DNA of 63,829 nucleotides, the filler included, from Stramenopiles sp. TOSAG23-2 (Eukaryota): the NCBI GenBank assembly GCA_900128395.1. It is 11 parts of 11 records of this genome, joined end to end, with 100 filler letters (N's around TTAATTAATTAA, not from the genome) between each part and the next. Parts side by side here need not be neighbours in the genome. Positions count along the whole stretch, not along the records: positions 40,684 to 47,356 come from LT650422.1; positions 47,457 to 54,126 come from LT650423.1; positions 54,227 to 60,885 come from LT650424.1; 8 more parts are not named here. One strand, given 5' to 3'. The notes under the pieces were generated by a model that had not been told where the DNA came from, made no database searches, and was given only the letters and a program-made list of their open reading frames with translations. A program made the translations under genes and the position numbers. Shown here one piece after another: positions 45,127 through 56,622 of this stretch (position 1 is its first letter; each line of letters starts with the position of its first letter).

Positions 45127-45651
45127 TCTTTATTGGTAAACTATATTATAAAGTGTCCACACAGGATCACTCTTATTCTATTTAGTATGTTTATATATGA
45201 TATGACTTATTTTGTGTAAATATATGATATTTCCAATTTCAGTAAATATAAACTTAAACTCAGCTATGATTATGGAGCTCACTCTTTGTTTAATCACTCT
45301 GCAAATTGATAATAGTCTATAGTAATATACATATATGATTGATATTAAGTATTTATAACTTTTATTTTTATAAACTCTGCGAATGTTTTATAAAATGCTG
45401 ATTAAAGCTTTGGTCACTGTAGTTATAAGAAATACTTTATCTATTTCTTGTTGTTGTTGTTGTTTGTTTTCGTTGTATTGTGTAATTTTATTGAATCTTT
45501 ATCTCAGCATATGTTGTACCGTATGGTTTTTTTATTATTATACCATTGTAATTACCTGCTAATTTTTAGAATATTTTTTGGATCGTAATATTATATATAT
45601 ATTTTTTATTATACTTATAATATTTTTACTCACATGTGATAATTCCCATTT

Positions 45652-46770
45652 TCACAATTTTTTCCAATAACTCACAGTACCTTTAGCAGGTCCATAATCA
45701 GCTGGGCCACTCCAACAACAAATGATTGCATCACCATTTTCCAAAAAGATTGCATCATGTGGATGTTGATGCCCTTCCTTTCCTAACAATTTTGCAACTT
45801 CAATCACAGAAAGCAATTCTCCATCGCCTCTTTGATTATAAATTCCTACAGAACCATTATACATTTGTTGATAACTATCTCCTAATGATGGTACAATTGA
45901 TACGTATTCATCAGTAGATTTTTCATAATGTAAATGCTCATTACATGGCAATGCTAAACCTTCGTGTAAAGTTTTTGATCGTACGTATTTAAAATCGTAA
46001 TCTACCCATACGATTCGATTGTTACTTCTATCACTTATAATAATTAATTCTTTTTCCACATCAATTTTTATTCCATGTGGTGTATTGAAACGTATTGGAT
46101 CACTTGTCGTATTTCCTTTTCCACCAAAACTTTTTCCTTCAATATATTCCCCTGTCGTTTTATTTATTGAATGTATAAAACTAGAACCATATCCATCTGC
46201 AACTAATAATATATCTGTCTTTGGTATTACAATACAATCTGTTGGTTTAAATGGCCAAAAATTTGGTTTTGTATCGACCCAATCACTAAAGTTACTTTTC
46301 CATATGATATTGCCAAGTAGATCCGTTTTAAATATTGTTTGCTGATTATTTGCATGATATAAATATTCTTCCTTTGCGGTTGTTGCATCATCATCATCAA
46401 ATTCATATTGCAAACCATGTGGAACACCTTGTGATAAATCTGTAGATCCTAAAGCTGTTGCTACCATACTTTTTTTCGCTGAATCATAGTAAAATTTCAC
46501 TAATACTTGTGTTGAGTCTGAAATATTTATTGGTTGGTACGTGAAATAAATATTTCCATTTAAATCCTTTGTTAATCCATGTCCATTTTGAATATTATCT
46601 TTCACATGAAGTGGTAATTGTAAAGGTATATATTGATATTTCCATGGTGATGTTCCAGATATAATATTATCATTTGGTAACAAGGATGTTGTTCCTCCAA
46701 CTATGATTAAGTAGCAACTAAAAATATTGATTGTTATATATAACAATACAAGTATATGATGTTGTGGCAT
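45652..46770 (-). CDS. Secreted NHL-repeat beta-propeller (PAL-like)
   Basis: Signal peptide plus PHGL, VADGYGS, FNTPHGI..ISDRSNNRI and HPHDAIF motifs. Confidence 0.8.
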   Translation of the reverse strand: MPQHHILVLLYITINIFSCYLIIVGGTTSLLPNDNIISGTSPWKYQYIPLQLPLHVKDNIQNGHGLTKDLNGNIYFTYQPINISDSTQVLVKFYYDSAKKSMVATALGSTDLSQGVPHGLQYEFDDDDATTAKEEYLYHANNQQTIFKTDLLGNIIWKSNFSDWVDTKPNFWPFKPTDCIVIPKTDILLVADGYGSSFIHSINKTTGEYIEGKSFGGKGNTTSDPIRFNTPHGIKIDVEKELIIISDRSNNRIVWVDYDFKYVRSKTLHEGLALPCNEHLHYEKSTDEYVSIVPSLGDSYQQMYNGSVGIYNQRGDGELLSVIEVAKLLGKEGHQHPHDAIFLENGDAIICCWSGPADYGPAKGTVSYWKKL

Positions 46771-47627
46771 TATTTTATCTTTTGTATCAGCAGATGTATG
46801 TATGTATAGTAGTACTAGATGGATGGATGGCTTGTGTGTATATGTGTATATGTATGTGTGTATGTATGTATTAACTACTTGGTCCCTTCACACTAATCGT
46901 CCCTCGTCTTCTACGTCTTGCTTCTCTCCTTTTAAAATGAAGCAAGGAGCAAAGCGGCGTAAAGGAATGTATTATCAACAATAAATATACATCTTTAAAA
47001 TACACACACACTGTGTATGCAAAAACGTATCTTTTTCCAATTCATTTTCTTCTTTTTTTTTTTTCTTCCTTCTGCTTATGCTGGCCTTTTCCTGATGGCT
47101 TTCTTCTTTGCGCGCGTTTTTTTTATCAATAATTAGCATGGAAATACAACCACATCATCGCTTACATATCGCTAAAAGTTGTTGGACATAGAAAAAAAAT
47201 ATAATAAAAAAAAGATATTATCCATCCTAAACATACACAATAGTGCAATATATGATAAAATAGAAGAAAGAGAAATAAGTTTTGGAGAGAGAGAGAGAAA
47301 GAAAGAAAATGAAAAAAGAAGAAGTATAAATAATATCATTGATACAGCATATCCCTNNNNNNNNNNNNNNNNNNNNNNNNNNNNNNNNNNNNNNNNNNNN
47401 TTAATTAATTAANNNNNNNNNNNNNNNNNNNNNNNNNNNNNNNNNNNNNNNNNNNNATAAAAATCATTTTTGATTTGAGATGTTAATGAACGGGAGTAAA
47501 AGAAATTTATACACGTATAATATATGAGTAAGAGAACATTTTATATAAATATAACTTAGAAGATTTTAACCATCAATATTATCATATGATATGCATACGA
47601 CGCTCACAAAAAATATCCCCGGATCCT

Positions 47628-48590
47628 CTATTCAGTCGGATATATACTGGTAATAAAGCTATTTGAAGAGATTCTTGCCATGGAAGGTGGCTGTAAACCA
47701 CCATCTTCAAATGATCTACCACCAGTTTGATGGCTATTTAATAGTTTTCTTCCTGACCCTGGTGCTGTACCAAACATTTTAACATAGATTACAATTGCTA
47801 CTAGCCAATAAATATAATTTTTATATGTCCAATTTGACAATAAAGGTGTGTCACCGCGTGTGTATATAGAATCCATAGCCCCTAATTGACTTTTTACAGA
47901 TTTATAGGATGGGTTATTTTGACCGTTGCCATGCTTCCAGTGCCACATTACAAAACCCCACATAATTGTAAACCATACATACTCCCCCCGTCTCCTACCA
48001 TTGTAAGTGTTTGGAATCATTTTATTTGGAAATCGCTGTAAGCACCATATCGCAATTGCATATAGACAACGTATGCCAATTGCCATATTCATTTGTGTTT
48101 TCAAAGAATCTAGTCCGCCTGACTGTCCAATTTTTGCAGAAGCGGCACCGCTCACCATTCTGTATCCAAACAGATCCCACACAAGGACCAAGTTTGATGA
48201 TATCATTCCAGCCACAAAAGTGTGCCATTGACTAGCGACACCCCATTTTGGTGTCACTCCATTTAGTAAAGCAGTAACAGCACTTAGTCCGTTTTCTGAT
48301 ATTTTGAATAAAACTGCAATTCTAGCTAATATCCAACCATGATCCCATACTTGGGGTAAAGCAAAACGCAGGGTTGCCTGTATGCTCCTTGCAGGCCTCA
48401 CAGGATCAGGAAAGAACAATGATCTTATTAGACCCACAATAGCATATGGTAGACGCGTTGCTACCCCAAAAAACAAACCTTCTCTTGCACCACGAATTAA
48501 TTCCCCTATTGGGCCGTCATTTTCTAATAAAGGAAGTTGAGATACTAAGTTTTTTACGAAGTCATCTCCTCGTAAATCTCCTTCCTCCAT
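47628..48590 (-). CDS. PXMP4: Peroxisomal membrane protein 4 (PMP24)-like
   Basis: REGLFFGVATRLPYAIV, HGWILARIAVLFK, HTFVAG, QMNM..RCLYA, IMWGFVMW and AMDSIY align by eye with PXMP4. ATG at 48590. Confidence 0.7.
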   Translation of the reverse strand: MEEGDLRGDDFVKNLVSQLPLLENDGPIGELIRGAREGLFFGVATRLPYAIVGLIRSLFFPDPVRPARSIQATLRFALPQVWDHGWILARIAVLFKISENGLSAVTALLNGVTPKWGVASQWHTFVAGMISSNLVLVWDLFGYRMVSGAASAKIGQSGGLDSLKTQMNMAIGIRCLYAIAIWCLQRFPNKMIPNTYNGRRRGEYVWFTIMWGFVMWHWKHGNGQNNPSYKSVKSQLGAMDSIYTRGDTPLLSNWTYKNYIYWLVAIVIYVKMFGTAPGSGRKLLNSHQTGGRSFEDGGLQPPSMARISSNSFITSIYPTE

Positions 48591-48946
48591 TGCTGCTATC
48601 AAAAACCTATATATATATATATATGTAAACGTGATTGAATAAAGGAATTTGTTATCAATATATCTTTCTAACAAGTACGTGTTAATGTGTTATATTATTA
48701 TTGAAAAAATAAAACAAAGTAATTAGTCATTTGAATATATGAATGAAGTAATAAAGAATCAATATTCTACATTTTATTAAATGAATTAAAACAACACATG
48801 TGCACATTATTATAATTACATTTGTAAAAAATTTTGTACACTCCTCCGCGGCCTATCAAAACAAGAAAAGATAGTAGAGTAAAATCGTACTTGAGAATAT
48901 AAAATATATTTGGATATATGAAATTTTATTATTTATGAATTTTTTT

Positions 48947-51900
48947 TTATTTTTGCAATGCAGCTTGTTCTTGTTGCGATAATAAATTAAATGCTGGACG
49001 GCCATGTAATTTCTTATGCTCACTTTGTTTTTTACCTTGTACAATTCTTTGTGCTAATTTTTGTTGTGCATCTAAATTGATTCGATGGCGCAATGGATAC
49101 ATGTTCATCATGTCATCTAAGAAATCACCCCATTTCGCAGTACGTGCTATTTTAGGTTGATTTAACATACCAAGATGTGCACGTAATTGAATCTTTTCCT
49201 CTTCTTCTGTTAATTCCTCTTCTTCTTCTTTCTCTTGTTCTTTCAACCCTTCCGTCGCTAATGCAGCCTCATCAACTTGCAATTGTAACATCGTTTCATC
49301 GCCAGTAGTAAGGTACAATAGTAAACCTCTTAATCTAGCTTCTTCTTTAGTTTTTGGCTTTTCAACTGGTAGTTCTGGTTGACCAATTTGTTTCTCCGGT
49401 TCTTGCATTCTTTCTTTTACATGGTTAATACGTAAAATAACATCAGCATCATATGGTGATACCCATACCTTTCCATCTTTCCCAGCATCGCCCAATTCTT
49501 CATCTTTTTCAATTCCATTTTCATCATCTACCATACCAGCATCCATGTCTGGAATGTCCAATCCTTTACCACCATTACCCATTGTAGGGCCTTTCTCTAA
49601 TTTATCTTTTCTCAATGGTGGCGGTGCATGTTTAGATGTTGGTTTCTCTTCAGATGCAGGCTGTTGTGATACTGCACGTTGGGATCGTGCCCTTGCTAAA
49701 TCCTCTATGCCACGATCTTTAAATGATCTTGATTCATCTAAAGCTTTTAATTGTTTAATCGTGCCTGGATGTATTAAGCTAACACTGTCCAATAATGATT
49801 GTAATCTTACTATATCTTGCTCCGCATTATGAGATGCAAAATCATATTTTTCCCGCTCACGACGTGCATTTTCAACTTCTTTTTTCAATTTATTATTATT
49901 AGCTTTTTCTTGATCTAATGCTTTTTTCAATTCTCTCAATGCATCTTCAGCACCATCTAAATTTCTGGACATCATTTGTTGCACTTTTTTTTGATCTTCA
50001 ACAACTTTGATTAATTCTAAACGTGTATGCATCCCTTCCGTTTTACCATACAATGCTTGATGTCGCCATACTTTAAATATTTGATAGAGCAAAGAACGTA
50101 TTTTTCGCCGATCCCATGCACGTATCAACGTATCCCGTGTGAAATTCGCCTCTTTGCGTTTTTTGGCGTAGACATACCATGCACGAAAAGGTATTTTATA
50201 CAGCGACATACCATAAAGCCTCCATTCGGCTACACATACAGCTTTGATTTTTATTTGTTTCTCAGCTTCAAGCCTCCATGCTTTTAATACATTAGTTGCC
50301 AATGTATTAATGTGACCTTGAAAAGATCTTTTCACAATAGCTCTTTGATGTGCCCTTGTTCTCCATGAAAGGAAATGGGTTTTTAATAATCGATGTTGAT
50401 GATGTAATTTTATAACATGCAAATTATGGCGCATTTCCCAACGTTGTCGCCCCGTATATTTTTTCTTTGTTGCACCATGAAGTTCTTGCCGACCTTTGAC
50501 ATACTTTCTCATTAATTTAAATATATATTTCCCACGACTTCTTAGAAAATGTTTATCAGCAATACGCCTCTTGCTTCTCCATGGCATTACACATTTAATG
50601 ACCCATCTTAAAAACAATTCTTTTTGTAACATATGTCTGCGATTTGTTTGTATAAGTCTAGTAGCTTCCATTCCCATTTCCTCCCTCAACATTTCCTTTG
50701 TAATTAACGTTTTTGGCAACTGTGGAGCGAAGCGTATGGATAAGCGATGTGTTAGAGAAAATGTGTTCTTTAGGTTTAGGGAAAAAGAATTTACTTACTT
50801 TTCGTTGTTCTCGACGTTTTGTTATTCTTTCATGCGCTTCTTCCATGCGCATTCTACTTTTTAAAGCGATTGATTTCCTACTGCTTGGACCATTTGCTAT
50901 TGTCCACCATCTTACACATATTTTACGCAAAAATTTATCACGTAACTTTTTTCGCATTTTTTTCGTAGCTGCACGTTGCTGAATTCTTAACGGTAGTAAT
51001 TCTTTCGTGCGTTTTTGCCATGCTTCAAAATGATTTTTTTTACAATTTATATTGCGAGTAGTTATCATCAATTCAACACCGGAATCAATGACTCTTCGGC
51101 GCCTTACTATACGAACGAATTCTCGACGTATTGGTTTCGTACGCCGCCTACGCCATCTTCGCAATGCTGTTTTTAAACGTTTATATTTACATCGTACTAA
51201 CCATCCACGTACAATTTTTCCTATTTGTGTAACAGCAGTATTGCCTAATTTCAATTCGCTATCTTCATCATCTGATGTAAAAACTCCATCTAAACGTGCC
51301 AATGTACCTTTGATTTCTTTCAGTGTAAATGTTAATCCTGGTTTATTTGATTCTGCATCGTCTAACTCGCTATCATCGCGGTACTCTTCTTCCTCTTGGA
51401 TAGGAAAATGATTAATATCACGTGTCGATCGTACTGGGCTTGTTGATGGTCGCTGATTCGGCGTAAGCGATTGAAACGTCGCTTCCATGGATTGTAGCCG
51501 CTGTGCTAAGAATTCACATTGCTCACGTAATATAACTACTTCATCTCGTTCATCATCTTCCTGATCAAATTGTTCTTCAGCAGCAGCACTGTTATTATAT
51601 AAATAGTTATCCTCTTCCATTAATTTCTGAGCTTTTTCTTGTTGTTCTGCAAGCCATTTCTCAGCTCTTAAATTATCTACTGAATTCATATACAAATCGT
51701 GTAATGGTGAGCGTGGGCCATCATTTTCATTATAAGTTGGGGAAATAGGTCGGCGCCCTGGTCTACGTATTCTACGCCTTGATACACCTGATGTTGTATT
51801 TGGCCGCCTATTATTACTCGTTCTATTAAATTCTATTGTTTCCTTTGCTTTTCTAGATGCTAAAACCTCTTCGACACTATTTGTTTTCATAACTCTTAGC

Positions 51901-52109
51901 GATGAGGGGTCATTTGGTGTGCTCACTTCAACATTATCGGATACTATTTGTTTCTTATGAGGTGTTTTCCGTTTTGGATTTTGAGATGATTTTGGTCTAC
52001 GTTTGCCCCGCCCTTTTCTTCTTTTTTTCGTTGATCCTTCCAAGTTGTTATTATTATTATCATCTGTTTTTCCACCCATATTATCAAAAGTGGGTGTTAT
52101 CATACTCAT
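48947..52109 (-). CDS. Sfi1/POC5-like centrin-binding coiled-coil protein with IQ-like motif; two exons (intron 50798-50720)
   Basis: A 79-bp intron (GTAAGT..CTAAC..CAG) joins the two overlapping ORFs in phase 0 (RK|LPKT). Repeated F/LxxW[R/K] motifs and QIGKIVRGWLVR. Confidence 0.7.
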
Positions 52110-52510
52110 ATTTAATAATACGAACACAAGTTATGTATATACACACAAACAAAAAAATATGATATTACCTTGAATACAATATTTTGTATTTCTTGTTTAT
52201 ATATATTTCCCAATGATTATAAAAAAGCAACTAGACGACTGTATGGATAACAATGTAAATGATGTATGTATATTCTATAAATGTAATAAAAGCTACTGTA
52301 TTTGGACATAACGGCAATGTCGAAGAAAAATAGAAAAGCAGTGGTTTTAGTGTTTCATTTGGTTGTGGTTCCATATAGGGGACATTAGAATACCAAAAAG
52401 TATGAAATCATTAAAATATTGTTCTTATTTTTTTATAAAAAAACAAAAAAAGAAGAGAAGTGTGTGCAAGTACAAACACTATTTATAATAAAAAATCAAA
52501 AGAAAATCTC

Positions 52511-54126
52511 TCAATTAAGACTATTTTTAGTAGCACCCACTTCTACCACACTTTCATTGTTTCCAGTAGCATCTGTTACACTTCTAATTAATTCAATCCA
52601 ACTTGTATCCATTTTCGATATATCTTCAATCGCTTCAGCATTATCTTTTTCAATATTAGAATACCAATGTGGTAACGATTGGGTAAAATCTTTTCCTGAA
52701 ATTTCTAATGACTTTTCTTGCTCAACAGTAATAGTGCTTGTAGATATCACAGCAGCAGCATTGTTATCTTCTAGTTTACTTTCAATCACACCCCCTTGTG
52801 TTGCATGGTCGGTTTCTTTATTCTCGCCATCTTCTACTACTGCTACAGATGATTTTGATAGTGCTAATGCCATTTGTAAAGCTTCATCGTCACTTATTTC
52901 CATACCTCCTCCACTTGTATCATTCTCAACTACCGTTACATCGCCGCCATACTCAACAACATTAGCTTCCACATTTGCATCATCATTTTTAGATATTTGT
53001 AATGCCAAGGATAATAATTTCGCTTCCTCGTCTTCTTCTTCATCATTGTCATCATTACTACCGCCATCACTTATCCTTTGATCGCTTCCAATTGGCTGTA
53101 ATCCCGGTACCATCTCTCCTGGCAATGCACTTTTATGAATTGCTAATTTCGAATCTTTTAAGCGTTTGTATACTAATATATATGCATTAGCACCAACAGC
53201 TTTTGATATGGTCTCTCTCATACCTTTGAATCCCCCTTCCACATAATTCACGCGCATGTCATTAAATTTAATCCATGGTGCTTCTGGCGAGTCTTGTTTA
53301 TGCAAATCAATTGCATTTGCCGAACGAGCATATGCGTAATAATGTCCACTATTTGCAGTTTTACCAGAATGGACAATGACGGCAAATAACCCGTATGAAC
53401 GGCACTTAGTATCTATTGCGGACGTAGTATCATTACTATCATCCGGACTACGCGCCGGATCATCATATCGCGGCAAAGTCACGGTCGAGCTGAAATGTGC
53501 GTTCATTAAACTTTTTATATTCTTATTTGACCTCCAATCAAATGACATTCGTTTCACGGTAAGCATTAGATGCTCTGGGCTTTTTGTGCAATGCACACGA
53601 TTTGTATGCGCCGTTCTTAACTGACATGTATCACAATCAATCTCCGGGTTGACAGATGGCGAAAAAAAATTCAATACCATGTTTGAAATATCATGTCTGA
53701 AACAACGCTCGCCAAACCCCAANNNNNNNNNNNNNNNNNNNNNNNNNNNNNNNNNNNNNNNNNNNNNGATGGCGAAAAAAAATTCAATGCCATGTTTGAA
53801 AGATCATGTCTGAAACGACGCTCGCCAAACTCCACCTCGCTATTTTTGAAACTACAATTATAGTCCTTTTTAAAGCTCATTTGAATGAAATCGTCTTTTA
53901 CAAACGACCATTTATATTCTTCTTTACCATCACTATATTCACCCTGGCATTCAGCATATGGATGTTTAAATGTTAATGCGCATGCCATATGGTGTTGAGT
54001 TGATGAATCTTTCCACTGTCCAAGAAATTCCCAATCTAATTTATCATTGTTTTCTTGCGCACCACGTGGTATCACAAAACCTCGTATTGTGCCTTGATAT
54101 TGCTCTGCCTCACCTCTCATTCGTGC
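52511..54126 (-). CDS. Ubiquitin-specific protease (USP/C19), C-terminal part with two UIM-like motifs; 5' partial, spans scaffold gap 53723-53767
   Basis: His box VIVHSGKTANSGHYYAYAR, WIKFND and NAYILVYKR. UIM-like EEAKLLSLALQISK and DDEALQMALALSK. Confidence 0.85.
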
Positions 54127-54234
54127 NNNNNNNNNNNNNNNNNNNNNNNNNNNNNNNNNNNNNNNNNNNNTTAATTAATTAANNNNNNNNNNNNNNNNNN
54201 NNNNNNNNNNNNNNNNNNNNNNNNNNCTTTTTCT

Positions 54235-55788
54235 TTAAGAATCATACTCAATACCTTCATTCCATGCACCGCATTGATAACATTTGCAACTTACATCTTT
54301 ACTAATAATTAACGTTTTCAATCTCAATACAACATCTTTATGTACATCACTAACATCGTTTTCCTCAAATGGATCATTTATAAGATTGTATAATTGCATG
54401 TCATCTTTCATACTTGGTTGATTTGTCACACCATCATTACAAAAAGGAACAATACCTTTAAAATTACCAATACGTATGGAATATCCTGATTTACTCAACA
54501 AGTTAATATTATTAGATGTTGATTGAGTAATTGGTGGTACACCTAATCCCTTCCAAGTAAACATAATATATTCATGATCTTCTTGCGGTTCCCCTTTTAA
54601 TTCATTATAAATACTGATTCCATCTAAATCTTTGGGTAATGATTCAAAGCAACCACCAATATCGCATAAGGTAGGTAAAATATCAAAAAAACCAAATTGT
54701 AAGTTAGAAACTTGATTTGGTTTGACTACATTTGGCCATCGGATTAATGTAGGTGAACGAACTCCACCTTCAAACAAACTTCGCTTATGACCTTTCAAAC
54801 CACCCGTACTATTGAAAAACTTATAATCATGACCACCTTCCAAATGTGCACCATTATCAGATGCAAAGATAATCAATGTATTATTATCAATATTTAATTT
54901 TTGTAACGTTTGAATAATATCACCAACATAATGATCCAAATATGTTATAACAGCAGCATGATCTTTCTCAACATCTGGCCATGTATTTTCATTTGCATAT
55001 TGTAAATCTGATGGAACAGGCGCGCCTTGCTCTGGATCTTTCGGACTACTTCCCCAACCACCTGCATGTGGCACTGTGAATGACATATATAAGAAAAAAG
55101 GATTTTTATCTTGATATATTGAATGAATCCAATTGATACTATGAGATTGTGTTATATCAACAGTGTAATTATATGCACTAGGATTCGACATGCAATTTTC
55201 TCTTGAACGTTTATTTTCTTGATTTAATTTCAATTCTACTTGTTTTCCAACATCGTAATCAATTGTATATGGGTACATATTATGGCATGCACTTTGATCA
55301 ATTTGACCAATAAAATAATCGAATCCAGACTCAATTGGTGATGTTAAAGGTGCTGATTTACCAACTAAAGCAGTGTTATATCCGGCCGATTTTAAATATT
55401 TTGGTAATGTTTCAATTTCATCTGGTTTTATAGCAGTTCCAGATAAATTATATTTTAAGAAATTTCCAGAATGACGCCCAGTAAATAGTGTGGTACGTGA
55501 TGGTGCACATACAGTATATCCAGCATATGCTTGCGTAAAACGTATTCCTTCCGTTGCTAGCATATCTAAATTCGGTGTATCAATATTACCATGTGGATTT
55601 TTTGATGGAAACAATCCTACTTCTCCAACACCCATATCATCTGCCATGATAAAAATGATATTCGGTCGTTGTTTTTCATTATTATTTGCTAATATACAAG
55701 TTGTTAAATTCACCAATATTAATAAATAAATTGTTATATAAATTAAATTATATTGTCGTTGGCATAATTGTATTTTTAAAAATGACAT
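54235..55788 (-). CDS. Secreted arylsulfatase (formylglycine-dependent S1 family)
   Basis: PNIIFIMADDMG, CAPSRTTLFTGRH, FASDNG, GHKRSLFEGGVR and LYNL..DPFE motifs, with an N-terminal hydrophobic signal. Confidence 0.93.
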   Translation of the reverse strand: MSFLKIQLCQRQYNLIYITIYLLILVNLTTCILANNNEKQRPNIIFIMADDMGVGEVGLFPSKNPHGNIDTPNLDMLATEGIRFTQAYAGYTVCAPSRTTLFTGRHSGNFLKYNLSGTAIKPDEIETLPKYLKSAGYNTALVGKSAPLTSPIESGFDYFIGQIDQSACHNMYPYTIDYDVGKQVELKLNQENKRSRENCMSNPSAYNYTVDITQSHSINWIHSIYQDKNPFFLYMSFTVPHAGGWGSSPKDPEQGAPVPSDLQYANENTWPDVEKDHAAVITYLDHYVGDIIQTLQKLNIDNNTLIIFASDNGAHLEGGHDYKFFNSTGGLKGHKRSLFEGGVRSPTLIRWPNVVKPNQVSNLQFGFFDILPTLCDIGGCFESLPKDLDGISIYNELKGEPQEDHEYIMFTWKGLGVPPITQSTSNNINLLSKSGYSIRIGNFKGIVPFCNDGVTNQPSMKDDMQLYNLINDPFEENDVSDVHKDVVLRLKTLIISKDVSCKCYQCGAWNEGIEYDS

Positions 55789-56115
55789 CACGTATTTCTT
55801 TTTTTTTTTCTTATGGCATATAATAGAGAGAAATGAAATTTATATTGTCACCACTGTTAAGAAAGAAACTATAAAGAATGTTAATGTCGTATAGATTGTA
55901 AGAGAAATGCTTGCACATCTTCTATATATATCGTCTTCGCATAATTGTATTTTTAAAAATGACATCACGTATTTCTTTTTTTTTTTCTTATGGCATATAA
56001 TAGAGAGAAATGAAATTTATATTGTCACCACTGTTAAGAAAGAAACTATAAAGAATGTTAATGTCGTATAGATTGTAAGAGAAATGCTTGCACATCTTCT
56101 ATATATATCGTCTTC
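55762..56115. repeat. Exact 177-bp tandem duplication covering the sulfatase start codon
   Basis: 55762-55938 is identical to 55939-56115. Confidence 0.9.
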
Positions 56116-56447
56116 AATTCTACTATATCTATCTATTTATCTTTCTATTTTATCGAAAAAAATTATTAATTTTTTTCATGCTGCTGAAAACCAATCGTGC
56201 AATCTAAGTATTAATATTAGGAATAGCATTATATGAAAAAAAGATATATCATCATTAACATCCTTTCTTAGACCTATATTTATCGATAATATCTTTGCAC
56301 AATTCGCGAAATATAATATATAATAGCTAGCAGGTAAATACCATTAGTATCTTCTAAATAATATCTTTTATTTTATCATCCAGAAGAGAGGGTTATTATT
56401 TCTAAAAGTATATATACAGTATATTACATATGTGATTATATAAAATG

Positions 56448-56582
56448 GATAGAATAAGATAGATAGATAGAGACACTTAGATAATTTCATAGATAGAGAC
56501 ACATAGATAATTTAATAGATAGATAAACTTACATAGATAATTTAATAGATAGATAAACTTACATAGATAGATAAATAGATAA
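56448..56582. repeat. GATA-rich minisatellite (~30-bp units, atagataatttaatagatagataaacttac)
   Basis: Degenerate tandem units immediately upstream of the PHD-AlkB gene. Confidence 0.8.
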
Positions 56583-56622
56583 CCTTATATATTATATATA
56601 ACCGTGAGTCACAAAAATATTG

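Noticed and set aside
50658-50798. Programmed frameshift between two overlapping ORFs
   Set aside because: A canonical 79-bp intron explains the overlap.
55762-56115. Functional promoter duplication (also 63235-63461)
   Set aside because: Exact read-length-scale tandem copies are typical of assembly or amplification errors, and nothing here indicates function.
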